Positions 13,220 through 24,416 are shown, numbered from the stretch's first letter. The stretch is DNA of 64,000 nt from Gracilinanus agilis (GCF_016433145.1 NC_058130.1:710237874-710301873), one strand, 5' to 3'. Numbers and translations are program-made. The notes: a model not told the origin generated them from the sequence alone.

Positions 13220-13380
13220 CGCCAGGGGGCTTTTCCCTATGACGCACAGGAAGCCATGCCCATATATGGGCCGTTTCTGCCCAGTGACGCGCCGGCGGTC
13301 AGGCCTATTCCGGGAATCCCCTCCCACGTTGCCCGGCCGACCCTGAGCACCGGGAAGAAGGGCCGGGATTTTCCCAGAGC
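13220..13380. promoter_or_regulatory. JUNB: JUNB downstream (3') enhancer
   Basis: Motifs seen: NF-kB-like GGGGCTTTTCC (13226-13236), ATGACGCA, ETS CAGGAAG, CArG CCATATATGG (13260-13269), TGACG, STAT TTCCGGGAA (13308-13316) overlapping NF-kB GGGAATCCCC (13312-13321), and NF-kB GGGATTTTCC (13365-13374). This matches the known SRE/CRE/NF-kB/STAT3 junB 3' enhancer architecture. Confidence 0.85.
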
Positions 13381-14920
13381 AAGAAGTGGGGCGGCGGCCC
13401 AGCCCCGGCTCGGGTCCAGGCCAGGAAACCCCCCTCCCCTGTGGCAATGGGCGGGATTCAGAGCTGGGAAGCCAGAGCCAGTGGTGTTACATGCAGTGTC
13501 CCAAGGATCAAACACGGGAGGCACAGCGCTAGGGAACCTGTTAGGTTCTGTGGCAAAGAAGTCGTCTGCTCCCCTCCTCCCCCGCCCCCAGCCTGGCGCC
13601 TTAACCCGTCTGCCAGGACCGACCCTGAAGCCAGCCTGGGACTGGGGGAGGGGAGGCGGGGCCTTTCAATGCCCGGCTGACCAGAAAGGGTGGTGATTGC
13701 CTCCAGTGTGTACGCCTTCCCACACCCGCCTTAGTCCCAGGTGGTGGGTGGTGCCAGCTTCCCATGCCAGGGCGTCCAGGTCTGGTCATGCCCTGTCGGC
13801 TCCTCGGTGCCCCACCAGCGACAGGCGCCGATGCTGCCTCGCCCACTACCCCAGCCTGGGGCTCAGGCAGGGCAGGCCTAGCACCTGGGATGGGGGTGGG
13901 GGGTGGGGGGAAGGGAACCTAATAGACTAGACATACAGGCGGCTACCCATCTTCTCTAGCAGTTATGCCCAGGGCTGCAACACTCCCCCTTCCCCCAACC
14001 CTTGGATTGAGGCAAGGGCCTGGCACTTGAATGGTAGAGAGGGGAAGAGACCGGATCAAAGAATCAGGAAGGCTGGTGTTCAGGAAGGTGTTAGGGGGCA
14101 GTCTTTCTGATGACCCTAGAGGCAGCTTCTCTTCCCACTGTGGACTTAGGTCTGGTTAGGAGCCCAAGAAATCCTTGATGCCTAGTTCCCTGGTCTGCCT
14201 TCTTCCCATAGGTACCAGTCACAGGAAAATAGGATAGGCACATTATTGGGGTTTCAGAGAGAAATAGGGGCCAGTTGTACTGCCCCCAAGGCCCCCCCCC
14301 CCAATTCCTTTTCTCCATCTTAGGAAGGGATTGGGGCAGGATAACTCTTTAGAAATGTAGTCTCAGGAATAGGTTGTGAGATCTCAAGGGAGGCTTCTAG
14401 CCAAGACCCTATAAGCCTCTTCAGCTGAAGGAACAACTCAGACTTGGGCTGGTGCCTTATACAGACACACCCCAACATCTCCTTGAGTTTCCCCTCTCCC
14501 TTCAAATGTACCAGAAACACTGGGAGATAGGAAGGGCACACAGCAGGGAAAAGGGGGTGATTTTCTCCTGGTCATACAGCAAGGGTAGGGAGGTGATTTT
14601 CTTTTGAGACACACTGCAGGGGAAGGTGAGTTTCTCCTGGAGAACAATGCTCCGAGTTCTCCCTTTCCTCTCCTGGTGAGAAAACCAGTCCCTAAAATTT
14701 CTGATTTCATTCAAACTCATGGTCCCAGTTACAGACTGTCCAGGCCAAGCAGTATACCACTCCACCCTCAATTTCTTCTCTTAAAGAAATCACACCCCAA
14801 ACTCAAGATCCCAAACATTCATTCATCTCTTCACTCTCCCTCCACTCTGCCACTCAATGAAGTTCTTTCACCAGTCATTTTTCCCCTCCTGCTCTTCCCA
14901 ACTATGGGAGCTTGAGGCAA

Positions 14921-14938
14921 GGCCACCCTCTGGTGGCA
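14921..14938 (-). promoter_or_regulatory. CTCF-like site between the convergent 3' ends of JUNB and PRDX2
   Basis: Reverse complement reads GCCACCAGAGGGTGGCC, close to the CTCF core CCACCAGRGGGCRC. Confidence 0.6.
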
Positions 14939-15233
14939 AAATGTAAGAGCTGCATAAATCAGGTGTCTAAAGGCCCTGCCTTCTTTAGTCACGTGGATTG
15001 GCTACTTGGGTCAGGATGGACAGAAAAAAAGAATCCCAGATGAGGGTACCAAGTCGTAAATTCTTGGAGAGAGCCTCTTCTCACTCCAGCACCCAGGCAT
15101 ATTACCAGGCCCACAGAAATACAGCACAGCTTATTAGAGATTCAATTGTGTGCTAGGCTAAGCTAAGGAACAGAGAATTCAGAGTCCAACTGCAAGAAAG
15201 ACTCCCAAAGGTATGTTTGATTTTCCCAGAGAA

Positions 15234-15239
15234 TTTATT
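15234..15239 (-). terminator. PRDX2: PRDX2 poly(A) signal
   Basis: AATAAA on the minus strand, about 160 nt after the stop codon. Confidence 0.7.
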
Positions 15240-15399
15240 AGACACAGGCCCCTTCCTCCCCTCCCATACATGCCCCTCCATAAGGAGGAAGAGATTAAGA
15301 CAGGATTTGGGGCAAGGGCCACTACCCAAGAGGGGCAGAAGCCTCCTTCACCATCTCGAGGTTTGCCACCGGAGCAAATAAAGAGGCAGCACTTCTTGC

Positions 15400-15485
15400 C
15401 TAGTTATTATTAGAGAAATACTCCTTGCTATCCTCCACATTGGGCTTGATAGTGTTTCCTCCAGGCTTCCAGCCTGCAGGGCATA
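15400..15485 (-). CDS. PRDX2: Peroxiredoxin-2, last coding exon (86 nt)
   Basis: ttctccccctcacag|TA TGC CCT GCA GGC TGG... encodes [28 protein letters not shown], with the resolving Cys and the YF motif. Confidence 0.97.
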
Positions 15486-15678
15486 CTGTGAGGGGGAGAA
15501 AAAGAAAATAAGTGGTAAGGGGCAAGAGACAGTTATCCCAAGCCCTTTGTTCAAAGCTGGAAGGGATATCAGCTCAGGCCTCAGGGAGTCCATAGAGTAG
15601 CTACCTAGGGAGGAGGGAGTATAAAACACACATAACTAGGGGTGGGGGTAGGATGGAGAATAAATATACAAGGCTCAC

Positions 15679-15809
15679 CTTCCCCATGCTCATCTGTGTA
15701 TTGGAATGCTTGCACTAGCCTCAAAGTCTCATCCACTGAGCGCCCAACAGGCAGGTCATTGACAGTGATTTGGCGGACAATCCCCTTTGCATCAATAATA
15801 AATAGGCCC
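15679..15809 (-). CDS. PRDX2: Peroxiredoxin-2, coding exon 4 (131 nt)
   Basis: Encodes [43 protein letters not shown]; AG/GT boundaries are in phase. Confidence 0.97.
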
Positions 15810-16475
15810 CTGGGTAAATAGATAGGGAATAGCATAAGACCCTGGAAGCTACCCAGACCAGAATAACACCTTATACAGTAGAAAGAAGACTAGATTTTCA
15901 TTCAAAACCTATTCTCCTGCCACATCTGTAAGGGTTGGGGCTTAACTTCCTTTTTTGGGAAGTTAAGTCTGGCTTTTCCAATCTACCCCACCAAATCTGA
16001 ATTCTGGCTCTGTATTTATGTGATAAGTCATTTAATCTCTCTATAACTCAGTTTCTGCCCCTGCAAAATGAAATCTGACAATATGACTTCTAATGTCCCA
16101 TCAAGTACTAAAACCTTCCCGATCTCTCCTGTTTCTGTCTTTCTACAACAGAAGGTAAGAGTTTTTAAAAAGAATCAATACTGTATATTGGTTCCAAGGC
16201 AGAAAATCAGGAGAGACTTAAGTCGCTTGCCCAGGATCACACAGATACAGGAAGTGTCTGTGACGGAATGTGAACCCAGATCTTTAGGCCTGGCTCTCAA
16301 TTCAGTGAACCATCTACTTTCTGCTGTTTCTACAAGAGACTGTTTTGTTTTTTTTTCCATGACTTTAAAAGTGGGAGTGGTAAAAACTAAGAACAATTCA
16401 GAATGGGGAGTCTTACATTGTTGAGGATCAAGAGCAGAGCAGGACATATACTTATAGATTGCCCCTCCCCAATAC

Positions 16476-16598
16476 CTGTAGGCAATGCCTTCATCCTCCT
16501 TCAGTACCCCATAATCTCGAGCGAGGTTTCTGGTTACATCTGCCAACAGGGGGATTTTCAAAGGTCCCAGGCCACCCTCTTTTCGAGGAGTGTTGATC
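16476..16598 (-). CDS. PRDX2: Peroxiredoxin-2, coding exon 3 (123 nt)
   Basis: Encodes [41 protein letters not shown], including the GGLG motif. Confidence 0.97.
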
Positions 16599-17292
16599 CT
16601 TTTTTGGGAAGATAGATGTTTCCAGGTTACTCCCCTGCTTCTCCTGCATGCCTCCCCCCCAAGGGGCCACCTTTCTCAGTATTCAAAGAGTCTCAATTTT
16701 GCCCAGCTGGCTCCTCCCTGGCCCTCACCCATCCACCCACCCAGAGTGGTAGATAAGGGTGGATCAAAGGGGCCAGAGTAGGTGATAAAGGGGTTGCTGG
16801 CACTGCTGTCAAAGCCCAAACCTACCACACCCAGAAGGGAGTGGAAAGAGGGGGGGAGGAGGAAGATGCTGCTCCAAATTTCTAAAGAAGATGGAACAGA
16901 AAGTACAGCCCAGCACAATGGAAACAAGCAACAGCTGGACCTAATGTTGAAAGAATTGAATTCAAGCACCAGCTGTGATACTTGGGAGATCAGTAATCAT
17001 TGCTCTTAACCTCTCTACAGCTGTTTCTTCTTAACATGATAAGGCCTAAATGAAATGCCCTCCAAAGTCCCTTCCAGTTCTAAAATTACCACAAAGGGAT
17101 CTTAGCAACTCACCTTTGGGAACTGTTTTGTCCCAAATTCAAGAGTAGTGACAGGGGCAGGGGATATTCTATAGCAATGAAAAGGAGGCACCAGCCAGGG
17201 ACCCTCCAGTGTCTACTGGTACTGGAGTAGTAGGAGAAGCAGAAAGGGCAGGGTCCCTTCTCCATCCTAATCCTCCTAGCCAAGAATCCTAC

Positions 17293-17446
17293 CAGGCCAG
17301 GTGAGTGAACTGGGAATCCACAGACACACCAAGGACTTCACAGCCCAGATGATGGAAATCAGAGACACGGTCACTGAAGGCAATGATCTCCGTGGGACAC
17401 ACAAAGGTGAAGTCCAGGGGATAGAAAAAGATGATCAGATACTTCC
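17293..17446 (-). CDS. PRDX2: Peroxiredoxin-2, coding exon 2 (154 nt)
   Basis: Encodes [52 protein letters not shown], with the peroxidatic Cys in FVCPTE. Confidence 0.97.
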
Positions 17447-17604
17447 CTAAAGCAGTAAGAACAAAAGGAGTGAGAAACAGGTGCTGGGGCCTCCCCCTCC
17501 TCCCCGCACTCCAGCTGACAGAATTCCTCCTCCATACCCTGGCCTCCAACCTGCAGAAAAGGTGAAGGTCCCTGTGTCCCCAGATTCTAAGGCTGTTCTC
17601 TCAC

Positions 17605-17707
17605 CTTTATAGTCTGACAGCTTCACCTCCTTGAAAGCTCCATCCACCACAGCAGTGGTATGGAAGTCAGGAGCTGGCTTTCCAATGTAAGCATTTCCAG
17701 AGGACAT
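17605..17707 (-). CDS. PRDX2: Peroxiredoxin-2, first coding exon (103 nt)
   Basis: Encodes [35 protein letters not shown]|gtgag; acceptor ttttcttccag|tcATG. The full CDS, complement(join(15400..15485,15679..15809,16476..16598,17293..17446,17605..17707)), is 597 nt = 198 aa. Confidence 0.97.
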
Positions 17708-18349
17708 GACTGGAAGAAAAGATTTCTCCTTAGGGTCAATTAGGGCACCTGAACCGCATTTCCCCAGGCTGTGCAACCCAGCACTACCTCCCTTCCCCCA
17801 CTCCCTTTCTGAGGCAAGGCTGGGCACGTGGGTCAGACAAAGATGGTCACATGCAGCCCCCCCTTCTCCCCTCCTCCTAGGGCCTAGGCTACACACAGGC
17901 CAGACTAGGCTATGCCCACAGGGAAAGGGGCAATTCAGACCCAGCCTTCCTGCCTCCTCTGCGCTGCCCCCACCCCACCAGGGAAACTGGTCTGGGCACC
18001 GGGGCACAGGCTGCAGTCTCTTCCACCTCCTCCCAGGACACAGATTCAGGCTGAGCCAGGCCTTCAGGGGAGGAGCAAAGAGATGCCTAGATCCCCCCTT
18101 AAGGCCTAAGGCTCAGTGGCGCTGCTGAGTGGGGGGACATGTGGAGCGGGGTTCACCTGGGTTTCGTTCCTAATCGCCCACAACCGAACAAAGGCTGCGA
18201 TCTGGAGGAAGGGGGGCGGGGTTTCTTGTTCCGTTTCTAGCAGGGGGAGATTGGGACCGGGATGGAACACAATCAACACAATCACAATCTAGCTGAAAAA
18301 AGGGGACTCGCAGACTGCCTCCTTTGCTTTCCTCTCCCTTTGCCTAGAC

Positions 18350-18890
18350 CTGGCCCAAGCCTAATTGAGCAGCACCGTATTGTACCTTACCGCACTGAGT
18401 CGCGCCGCACTGCACCGTACAGTACCTGCAAAGGGGGGCGGGCTCCAAGCCTACAAAGACTGGCAGCTCGTGCTCCAAGACCGCAGCCGCAGCAGTCGGA
18501 AAACCAAAAGTACGATTCGAGCGGCCTCCGCCCGCTCCTTTTATCCGCGGCCTGTACCACCTAGAGTCAGACCGTGGGGGGGGAGGGGGCAGGAGGAGGA
18601 GTAGGAGGGAGGGGCGTACGAGAGCGCTGCTGGGGGCGGATGGGACACGCCTGGGCGGGCCTACTGATGCGTCGTAGGGGTGTGGGGTGGGGGCAAGGAC
18701 AAGAAGCCAGATCGCCCTGAAGCTGAAGGGGCAGGGGCTCGCGATGTTTGCTCTCCCCTTCCTCTCCTCTTCTCGCCCGACCCCCCTGCAAGGGAGCTCG
18801 GATAACGGAGCGCCGGGAGAATGCTTGGACAGCAGCTAACAGCGGTTAAGGGAGTGCTACTGATGAGAGGAGGCGTTGACCGTGGATGGC
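18350..18890. promoter_or_regulatory. CpG island: bidirectional PRDX2 (-) / THSD8 (+) promoter, probably containing the non-coding PRDX2 exon 1
   Basis: CpG-rich with GC boxes. A candidate minus-strand donor ctctag|gtggta lies at 18561/18560. The THSD8 ATG is at 18886. Confidence 0.6.
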
Positions 18891-19009
18891 CAGGCTGCAG
18901 CTGAGGTTGCTTCTGCTTTTCCTTCTGGCCTGGTCCACAACCTGTCTCGACCTGGACTATCACTATTTCGGAGAGCAAGGCTCAGGAGATACTTGGGAGA
19001 AAGAACTGG
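18886..19009 (+). CDS. THSD8: Thrombospondin type-1 domain-containing 8, exon 1 (signal peptide)
   Basis: Encodes MARLQLRLLLLFLLAWSTTCLDLDYHYFGEQGSGDTWEKEL G|gtaagg. It has a hydrophobic signal peptide, and DYHYFGEQGSGDTWE resembles recalled human DYQYLGQQGEGDSWE. Syntenic position fits. Too short for the ORF track. Confidence 0.88.
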
Positions 19010-19199
19010 GTAAGGGGTTGAGATCCCTCGACCCCTAGGGCCCCCAGATATGCCCTCCCCAAATATTACAGAGAAATGAGCAGCAGTAACTCAAGGAATC
19101 TTCAGGGAATGGGGGAAGGGTGAGGAACAGGGCTCAGGTTTGTCAATAAACTCAGAATCACTTATAGCATACCCCTCACCCCCTTATCGCTTAGCAAGA

Positions 19200-19410
19200 G
19201 ATTTTTTTAATAGCTTTTACCCTCCTTTTTAGAATCAATACAGTGTATTGGTTCCCAGGCAGAAGATCAGTAAGGACTAGGCAATGGGAGTTAAGTGACT
19301 TGCCCAGGATCACACAGCTAGAAAGTGTCTGAGGTCAGATTTGAATCCAGGGCCTCCCCCCATCTCTAGGCCCAGCTCTCTCTCCACTGAGCCACCTAGC
19401 TGCCCCCTTA
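19200..19410 (-). mobile_element. Opossum SINE in the THSD8 intron
   Basis: Reverse-complement SINE2_Mdo-like sequence ending CCTAGCTGCCCCC. Other copies at ~16140-16330, 21170-21312, 25030-25210, 29890-30080, 40800-41000, 43710-43900 and 50100-50260. Confidence 0.75.
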
Positions 19411-19595
19411 GCAAAGATTTAAATCACCCCCAAACCACATGAAATATGCCTAGATTCATCCCCAGGCCCTCTTACTCAATTCAAATGGCTTGGCACATTG
19501 GGAAATATCCTTCCCAAGCCTGGAAATCTCAGGCTGAGGAGAAATCCCTGCCTAGGCTCAGACTCCCTAGCTGAACAGTCTTTTCTTCCCCCCAG

Positions 19596-19795
19596 AACCA
19601 GAAGAATTGCCTCTGGGCCCGTGGAGTCCGTGGAGCTGCCAGTGTCAGCAGGGAGTGCAGGAGCGGAGGCGGGAAGTGGCAGGGGAGTCTGCCGGCCCAG
19701 TGTTTCTGGACATCAACAGCCTGGTGCAGCGACAGCCTTGTAGTCACAACGACTGTCCTAGCTGCTCACTGAGTCAGTGCAACTGGAGGGCTTGA
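19596..19795 (+). CDS. THSD8: Thrombospondin type-1 domain-containing 8, exon 2 (TSP1 domain)
   Basis: ttttcttccccccag|AA CCA GAA... encodes EPEELPLGPWSPWSCQCQQGVQERRREVAGESAGPVFLDINSLVQRQPCSHNDCPSCSLSQCNWRA*, a TSR W-x-x-W-x-C...G-x-Q-x-R-x-R pattern. 124+200 nt = 107 aa. Possible ATTAAA at 20073-20078. Confidence 0.9.
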
Positions 19796-21419
19796 GAAAG
19801 AGGAGAGAGCATGGCATCCCTGTAGCCCAGAGAAGGAGAAAGGAGGCTTGAGATCCTTCCTGTTGCCCTTGTTTATCCCAGTCGGATTTGGGGTAAGGAA
19901 GAGAGAAAGATCTGAACTTAGAAAAGGGAACAAGGCTCTGGTCTGGGGACTCCTGGGTTGATGTTGCCCTTGTCAGTCTCCTGCCTGTTCAGCTCGGTTT
20001 TTCCCCTGAGGCCCACCCCACCCTGAATACTTTGTAGATCAGTGTGGCATCATCCCTATTATTACTATTGCTATTAAAGGTAATTTTAAACCTTTCTGTA
20101 AAGCCACTCTAGCAGGTCCAGGAGGATCCGTAGCCACACCCACTATGAGACCCAGGGGAGGGCCAAGTTAAAAATCCACCTGAGAGAAGCCGGTGGCAGT
20201 TTGCCTACCCAAGTTGGGACTAAGAAGGTGGAGCCTGGTTCTTTGGAGGCAGGGCCTAGTCTACTAGAAGCCTCTCCAGGGGCTCTGAGGCAGCAGAAGT
20301 GGAGAAGATAAGTGTTTGCTGAGAGGGCCTGATCCTGTAACTGGCACTTTCTTAGATTTTGGCTTAGTTCCTAGGCAGGCCTCTGAGGCTGGAGGGCAGG
20401 ACAAAGAAATTAGATACAATGAAAAGAACATTGCTCTGCCTGAGACTGAGTCAAAAGAACTGGGCCAGAATCCTAGTTGCACTTAATATCTCTGTGATAC
20501 TGTGCAAATCCTTTCCCCAGTCTGGTTCTCAGGTTCTCCACATGTCAAATGAGATGGTTGTATTAGACCAATCCAATTGAGTGATTGCTTAATTGAGAAG
20601 CATTTATTAAGCAGAATCTGAAAATACAAACAAAAATGAAAGTCCTTGTTCTTGAGGATCTTGCATTCTATTGTGGGAAAATATGCATATGTATGTAAAA
20701 ATAGATACAAGATTAATTCACAGGTGAGGAAGAAAAAGAGTTATGGGCTCTGGCAGTATTTTGTGTAGAAGATAGTGTTGGAACTGAGTTGTGAAGTGAA
20801 GGATTCTAAAAAGTGAAGTTGGAAAGAGAGCATTTTGGGGCTGTGTAAAGTCAGGGGAAATGAGTGAGGAACAGAAGGAAGTCAGTCAGTTTGGCTGAAA
20901 TGCATGAAGAGGAGCTATGAAAAAGCTGGGAAAGGTAGGTGTCCAGTTGTGAAGGGCTTTAAAAATGCTAAAGGAGTTTTGTAATAGAAGCAACAGGGAA
21001 CCACTGGAACTTTAATTGGAAAGTGCCTTTATGAGGGTTAAGCAGGGAAGTTAATACCTTGGCATTAGAGATTGTCAGGCTCTGTAGGTGGATAGAGGCT
21101 GGCTGATATTCCAAGGGGAGATTCATGCTTAAGAAGAAAGGTTAAGGGACAATTAGAAGGTTCAATGGATAGGGAGCCAGATCTCAAGACATCCTGAGTT
21201 CAAATTTGGCCCTGGGCAAGTAACTCAACCTCAGTTGCCTAGGACTTACCATACTTCTGCCGGAACCAATATCTATTATAAGACAAAGAAAGTAAGGGTT
21301 TAAAAAAAAAAGTTGAACCAGCTGTTTTTGAGGTCTTTCCCAGCTCCCGAAATTCTAAGTTTCTGCTTTTCCAAGTCTTTTTACAATGCTTAACAATTCT
21401 GATTGACTTGGGGGACACA

Positions 21420-21580
21420 CGCCTAGGTGGCGCTCTTGTTAATGAACTACAACTCCCAGAAAGCTAGAGGACAAACAGCACGCTTAGGATTGGCTTGGAA
21501 ATTTCCGGGGCGGGGAGCGCGCTCTGACCCGCGCAGTTGCGGATTCTCTTAGTCTGTGTTCGACTCTGTTTACTGCAAGC
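21420..21580 (+). promoter_or_regulatory. RNASEH2A: RNASEH2A promoter
   Basis: Motifs seen: ZNF143/THAP11-type ACTACAACTCCCAGAA (21446-21461), CCAAT box (ATTGG ~21490), GC box GGGGCGGGG, and CTCF-like CCTAGGTGGCGC (~21422). Confidence 0.7.
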
Positions 21581-21707
21581 ATGGATTTGGGAGACTTTGA
21601 GCGGGATAACACGGGCAGCTGCCGTCTGAGTTCGCCGGTGCCAGAGCTGTGCCGCACCGAGGACTGCTGCCTGGGCATCGATGAGGCCGGCCGGGGGCCT
21701 GTCCTGG
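21581..21707 (+). CDS. RNASEH2A: Ribonuclease H2 subunit A, exon 1 (127 nt)
   Basis: Encodes [43 protein letters not shown]|gtgg, with the catalytic DEAGRGP. The full CDS, join(21581..21707,21959..22030,22160..22286,24417..24504,24588..24725,24837..24924,33417..33540,33789..33948), is 924 nt = 307 aa. Confidence 0.97.
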
Positions 21708-21958
21708 GTGGAGTTGGGGCTCGGAGTGGAGCCTACGGGCTGGGGGAGGATTGTATCCGGGTTGGGGGATTGCCCTGGCGTGGTAGGACGGGCTCCGGGG
21801 TGATAATTTAGCTGGAGGTGGACCCTGGTTGTAGGGCAATTAGACTAAGGGATCATATGAAATTGGCCTTGGCTCTGGGCAGGTGGGCAGGATATGGGCC
21901 AGAGGAGTCAGGATGCCAGGATTGGAGGCATCTGACCCCAGCTCTTACCTTTCGACAG

Positions 21959-22030
21959 GCCCCATGGTTTATGGCATCTGCTTTTGTCCCTTGTCCAGAT
22001 TGGGCGAACTGGAAGCCCTGAAGGTGGCAG
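21959..22030 (+). CDS. RNASEH2A: RNASEH2A exon 2 (72 nt)
   Basis: cag|GC CCC ATG GTT TAT... encodes [23 protein letters not shown]; donor |gtgagt. Confidence 0.97.
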
Positions 22031-22159
22031 GTGAGTCCAGAACTGGAACTGTGCCCAAAAGGCTTCCCAAGAGGCTGGGGAGGATGGGGGAGAGGACTGG
22101 ATTGTGTACTTCTGACTTAAGTCTCCACTCTGCATTTCTTCTCTTTTCCACCGGACCAG

Positions 22160-22286
22160 ATTCAAAGACTCTGTCAGAGGCCGAGAGGGAGAGACTCTTT
22201 GGGAAGCTAGACCAGGCTCGGGACTTTGTGGGCTGGGCCTTGGACATTCTGTCCCCAAACCTCATTTCCAACAGCATGCAGAGGCG
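22160..22286 (+). CDS. RNASEH2A: RNASEH2A exon 3 (127 nt)
   Basis: Encodes [43 protein letters not shown]; donor |gtaag. Confidence 0.96.
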
Positions 22287-23606
22287 GTAAGGGCTGTGCA
22301 TGGGTGGGCAGCAAATGGACTCTTGGGCCACTCAAGGTGTATGTAGTGGCAAGAACGCTATATTGCAGGACACAGTGTTTCGGAGTCCGAAAGGGACCTC
22401 AGGGATCATCTAGCCCATCTCAAATCCCCTCCAGACATGCATAGAGTGGTCACCTATTTTTACTTGTCTACTTACAGTAGGGTAGAACCTATTTAACCCT
22501 GCCTGAGGCAGTCCATTTCTCTTTTGAATAACTCTAATTGATATAGGAAGTGCTTCCTTAATTGACCCTACATTTGACAATTAAGGATTATTGATTTACT
22601 GCTGGAAGGGACCACAGAGGCCATCAAGTCCATTCCTTCATTTTACAGATTAGGAAACTGAGGTGTAGAGAGGTTAAATGCCTATGTACCCTAAGCTCAC
22701 ATAGCTATGAAGTTTCCCCAATATATTTTTTATTTCATTAAATATTTCTCAATTATACATAAAAAGATTTTTTAACATTTGTTCCTTTTTAGATTTTGAG
22801 TTTCAAATTCTTTCCCTCCCTCCCTCACATCTCTCCTCCTTTAGAAGGCAAGCAATTTGATCTAGATTATACATGTGAAATCATGCAAAACATAAATGGT
22901 GAAGTTTCTGAGGTGCATTTTTAAAATTCCATTTTTTAAGCTTTTAAAATTTTTTCCATGGTTGTATGATTTATTTTCTCTTCCTCCCCTGTCCTGGAGC
23001 TGTCATAAGAAAATTAGGGAAAGTTTAGCAAGAGGCATAAGTTAGCTGGATGGCTGACAGAGAAGGTTCCAAGCATGGAATGGTGGAGGGAGACTTTTCC
23101 TGAGGCATTCTCTGGATGCAACTGCTAGGAGTTAGGCTAGGCTTTCCTTAGCTGCTGGAGGTAAAGAACCCAGAAAAAAGAGTCCCTCAGGAAAAAAAGT
23201 CTCCCTCCACCATTCCATGCTTGGAACCTTCTCTATCAGCCATCCAGCTAACTTATGCCTCTTGCTAAACTTTCCTTAATTCTCTTATAACAGAGCTGAC
23301 AAGCAATTCCACTGAGTTATACAAATGTTATCACTTGATACCTATTTCCATATTATTCATTTTTGCAACAGAGTTATCTTTTAAAACCAAAACCCCAAAT
23401 CATATATATATACCCATACAAACAAGTGATAAATCTTATGTTTTTCTCCTGTGTTTCTACTCCCATAGTTCTCTCTCTGAGGTGGAATTTAAACCCAGTT
23501 CTTGCTGCCTCTCAGACAAGTCCTCTTGTCCACTCCAAGGTCTCTTACCTGGTTTTGCTCTGTGGAGCCAAGAAGAAAAAGACTAGTCCTTCTTCCTGAT
23601 AGCATT

Positions 23607-23955
23607 CTTTTTTTTTTTTTTTTTTTTAACCCTTACCTTCTGTCCTAGAATCAATGCTAACTATTAGCTCTACCGCAGAAGACCGATAGGAGCTAGGCAA
23701 TTGGGTTCAGTCCCTTGACCAGGGTTGCATGGCTATGAGGCCAGATTTGAACCTAGGTCTTCCTGACTCCAGGCCTGTGCCACCTAGCTGCCCCTCAATC
23801 AACTTTGAAACACTGTAAGGCCTACAAAAGACCTCAGTTTCAGCCACTTCCCAGCTGTGTGACCCTGGGCAAGTCACTTGACCCCCATTGCCCACCCTTA
23901 CCAATCTTCCACCTATGAGACAATACACCGAAGTACAAGGGTTTAAAAAAAAACA
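23607..23955. mobile_element. Two opossum SINEs in opposite orientation (minus-strand copy, then a plus-strand SINE1-like 3' half)
   Basis: Poly-T plus a reverse-complement SINE ending CAGCTGCCCC, then CCCAGCTGTGTGACCCTGGGCAAGTCACTTGACCCCCATTGCCCACCC...AAAA. Confidence 0.8.
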
Positions 23956-24416
23956 AAACAAAATAAAAGACCTCAGTTTGACTCATAGGGTCACCAATTT
24001 AGAGCTGAAAAGAGACCTCATAAGCACAAGATAAATAACGTGGGGTTCTATCTTCTTGCTTAGGGCCATATCATAGTAAATATCAGAGGCAGGATTTGAA
24101 CCCAGATTTTCCTCCCTCTGATTCAAGTACTGTTTACTCCATGACATTGCTTCCCCTCCCTTACTCACTAGTTGGGTGACTTTGAATAAGTTCTTTCCCC
24201 TTTGTGAGCCTCAGTTTCTCCCAGGATAAAATGGTAATTGGCTGATGTTCAAAGTCCTTTCCAACTATAAATGAGGCTGCAAAAGACTCATCCTTGGGAA
24301 GACTCATATTGGGTGATGGGGATCCTGAAAGTAGCCTTAAGGAAGATATTTGATTGCCCCTTAATAAGGAGTGGGGCCAGGCAAAGTCTGAGTGGGCTCT
24401 ACATATTTCCTTTTAG

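Noticed and set aside
17447-18007. 186-aa ORF suggesting an N-terminally extended PRDX2
   Set aside because: A canonical acceptor (ttttcttccag) lies 2 nt before the conserved ATG, so the upstream part is intron.
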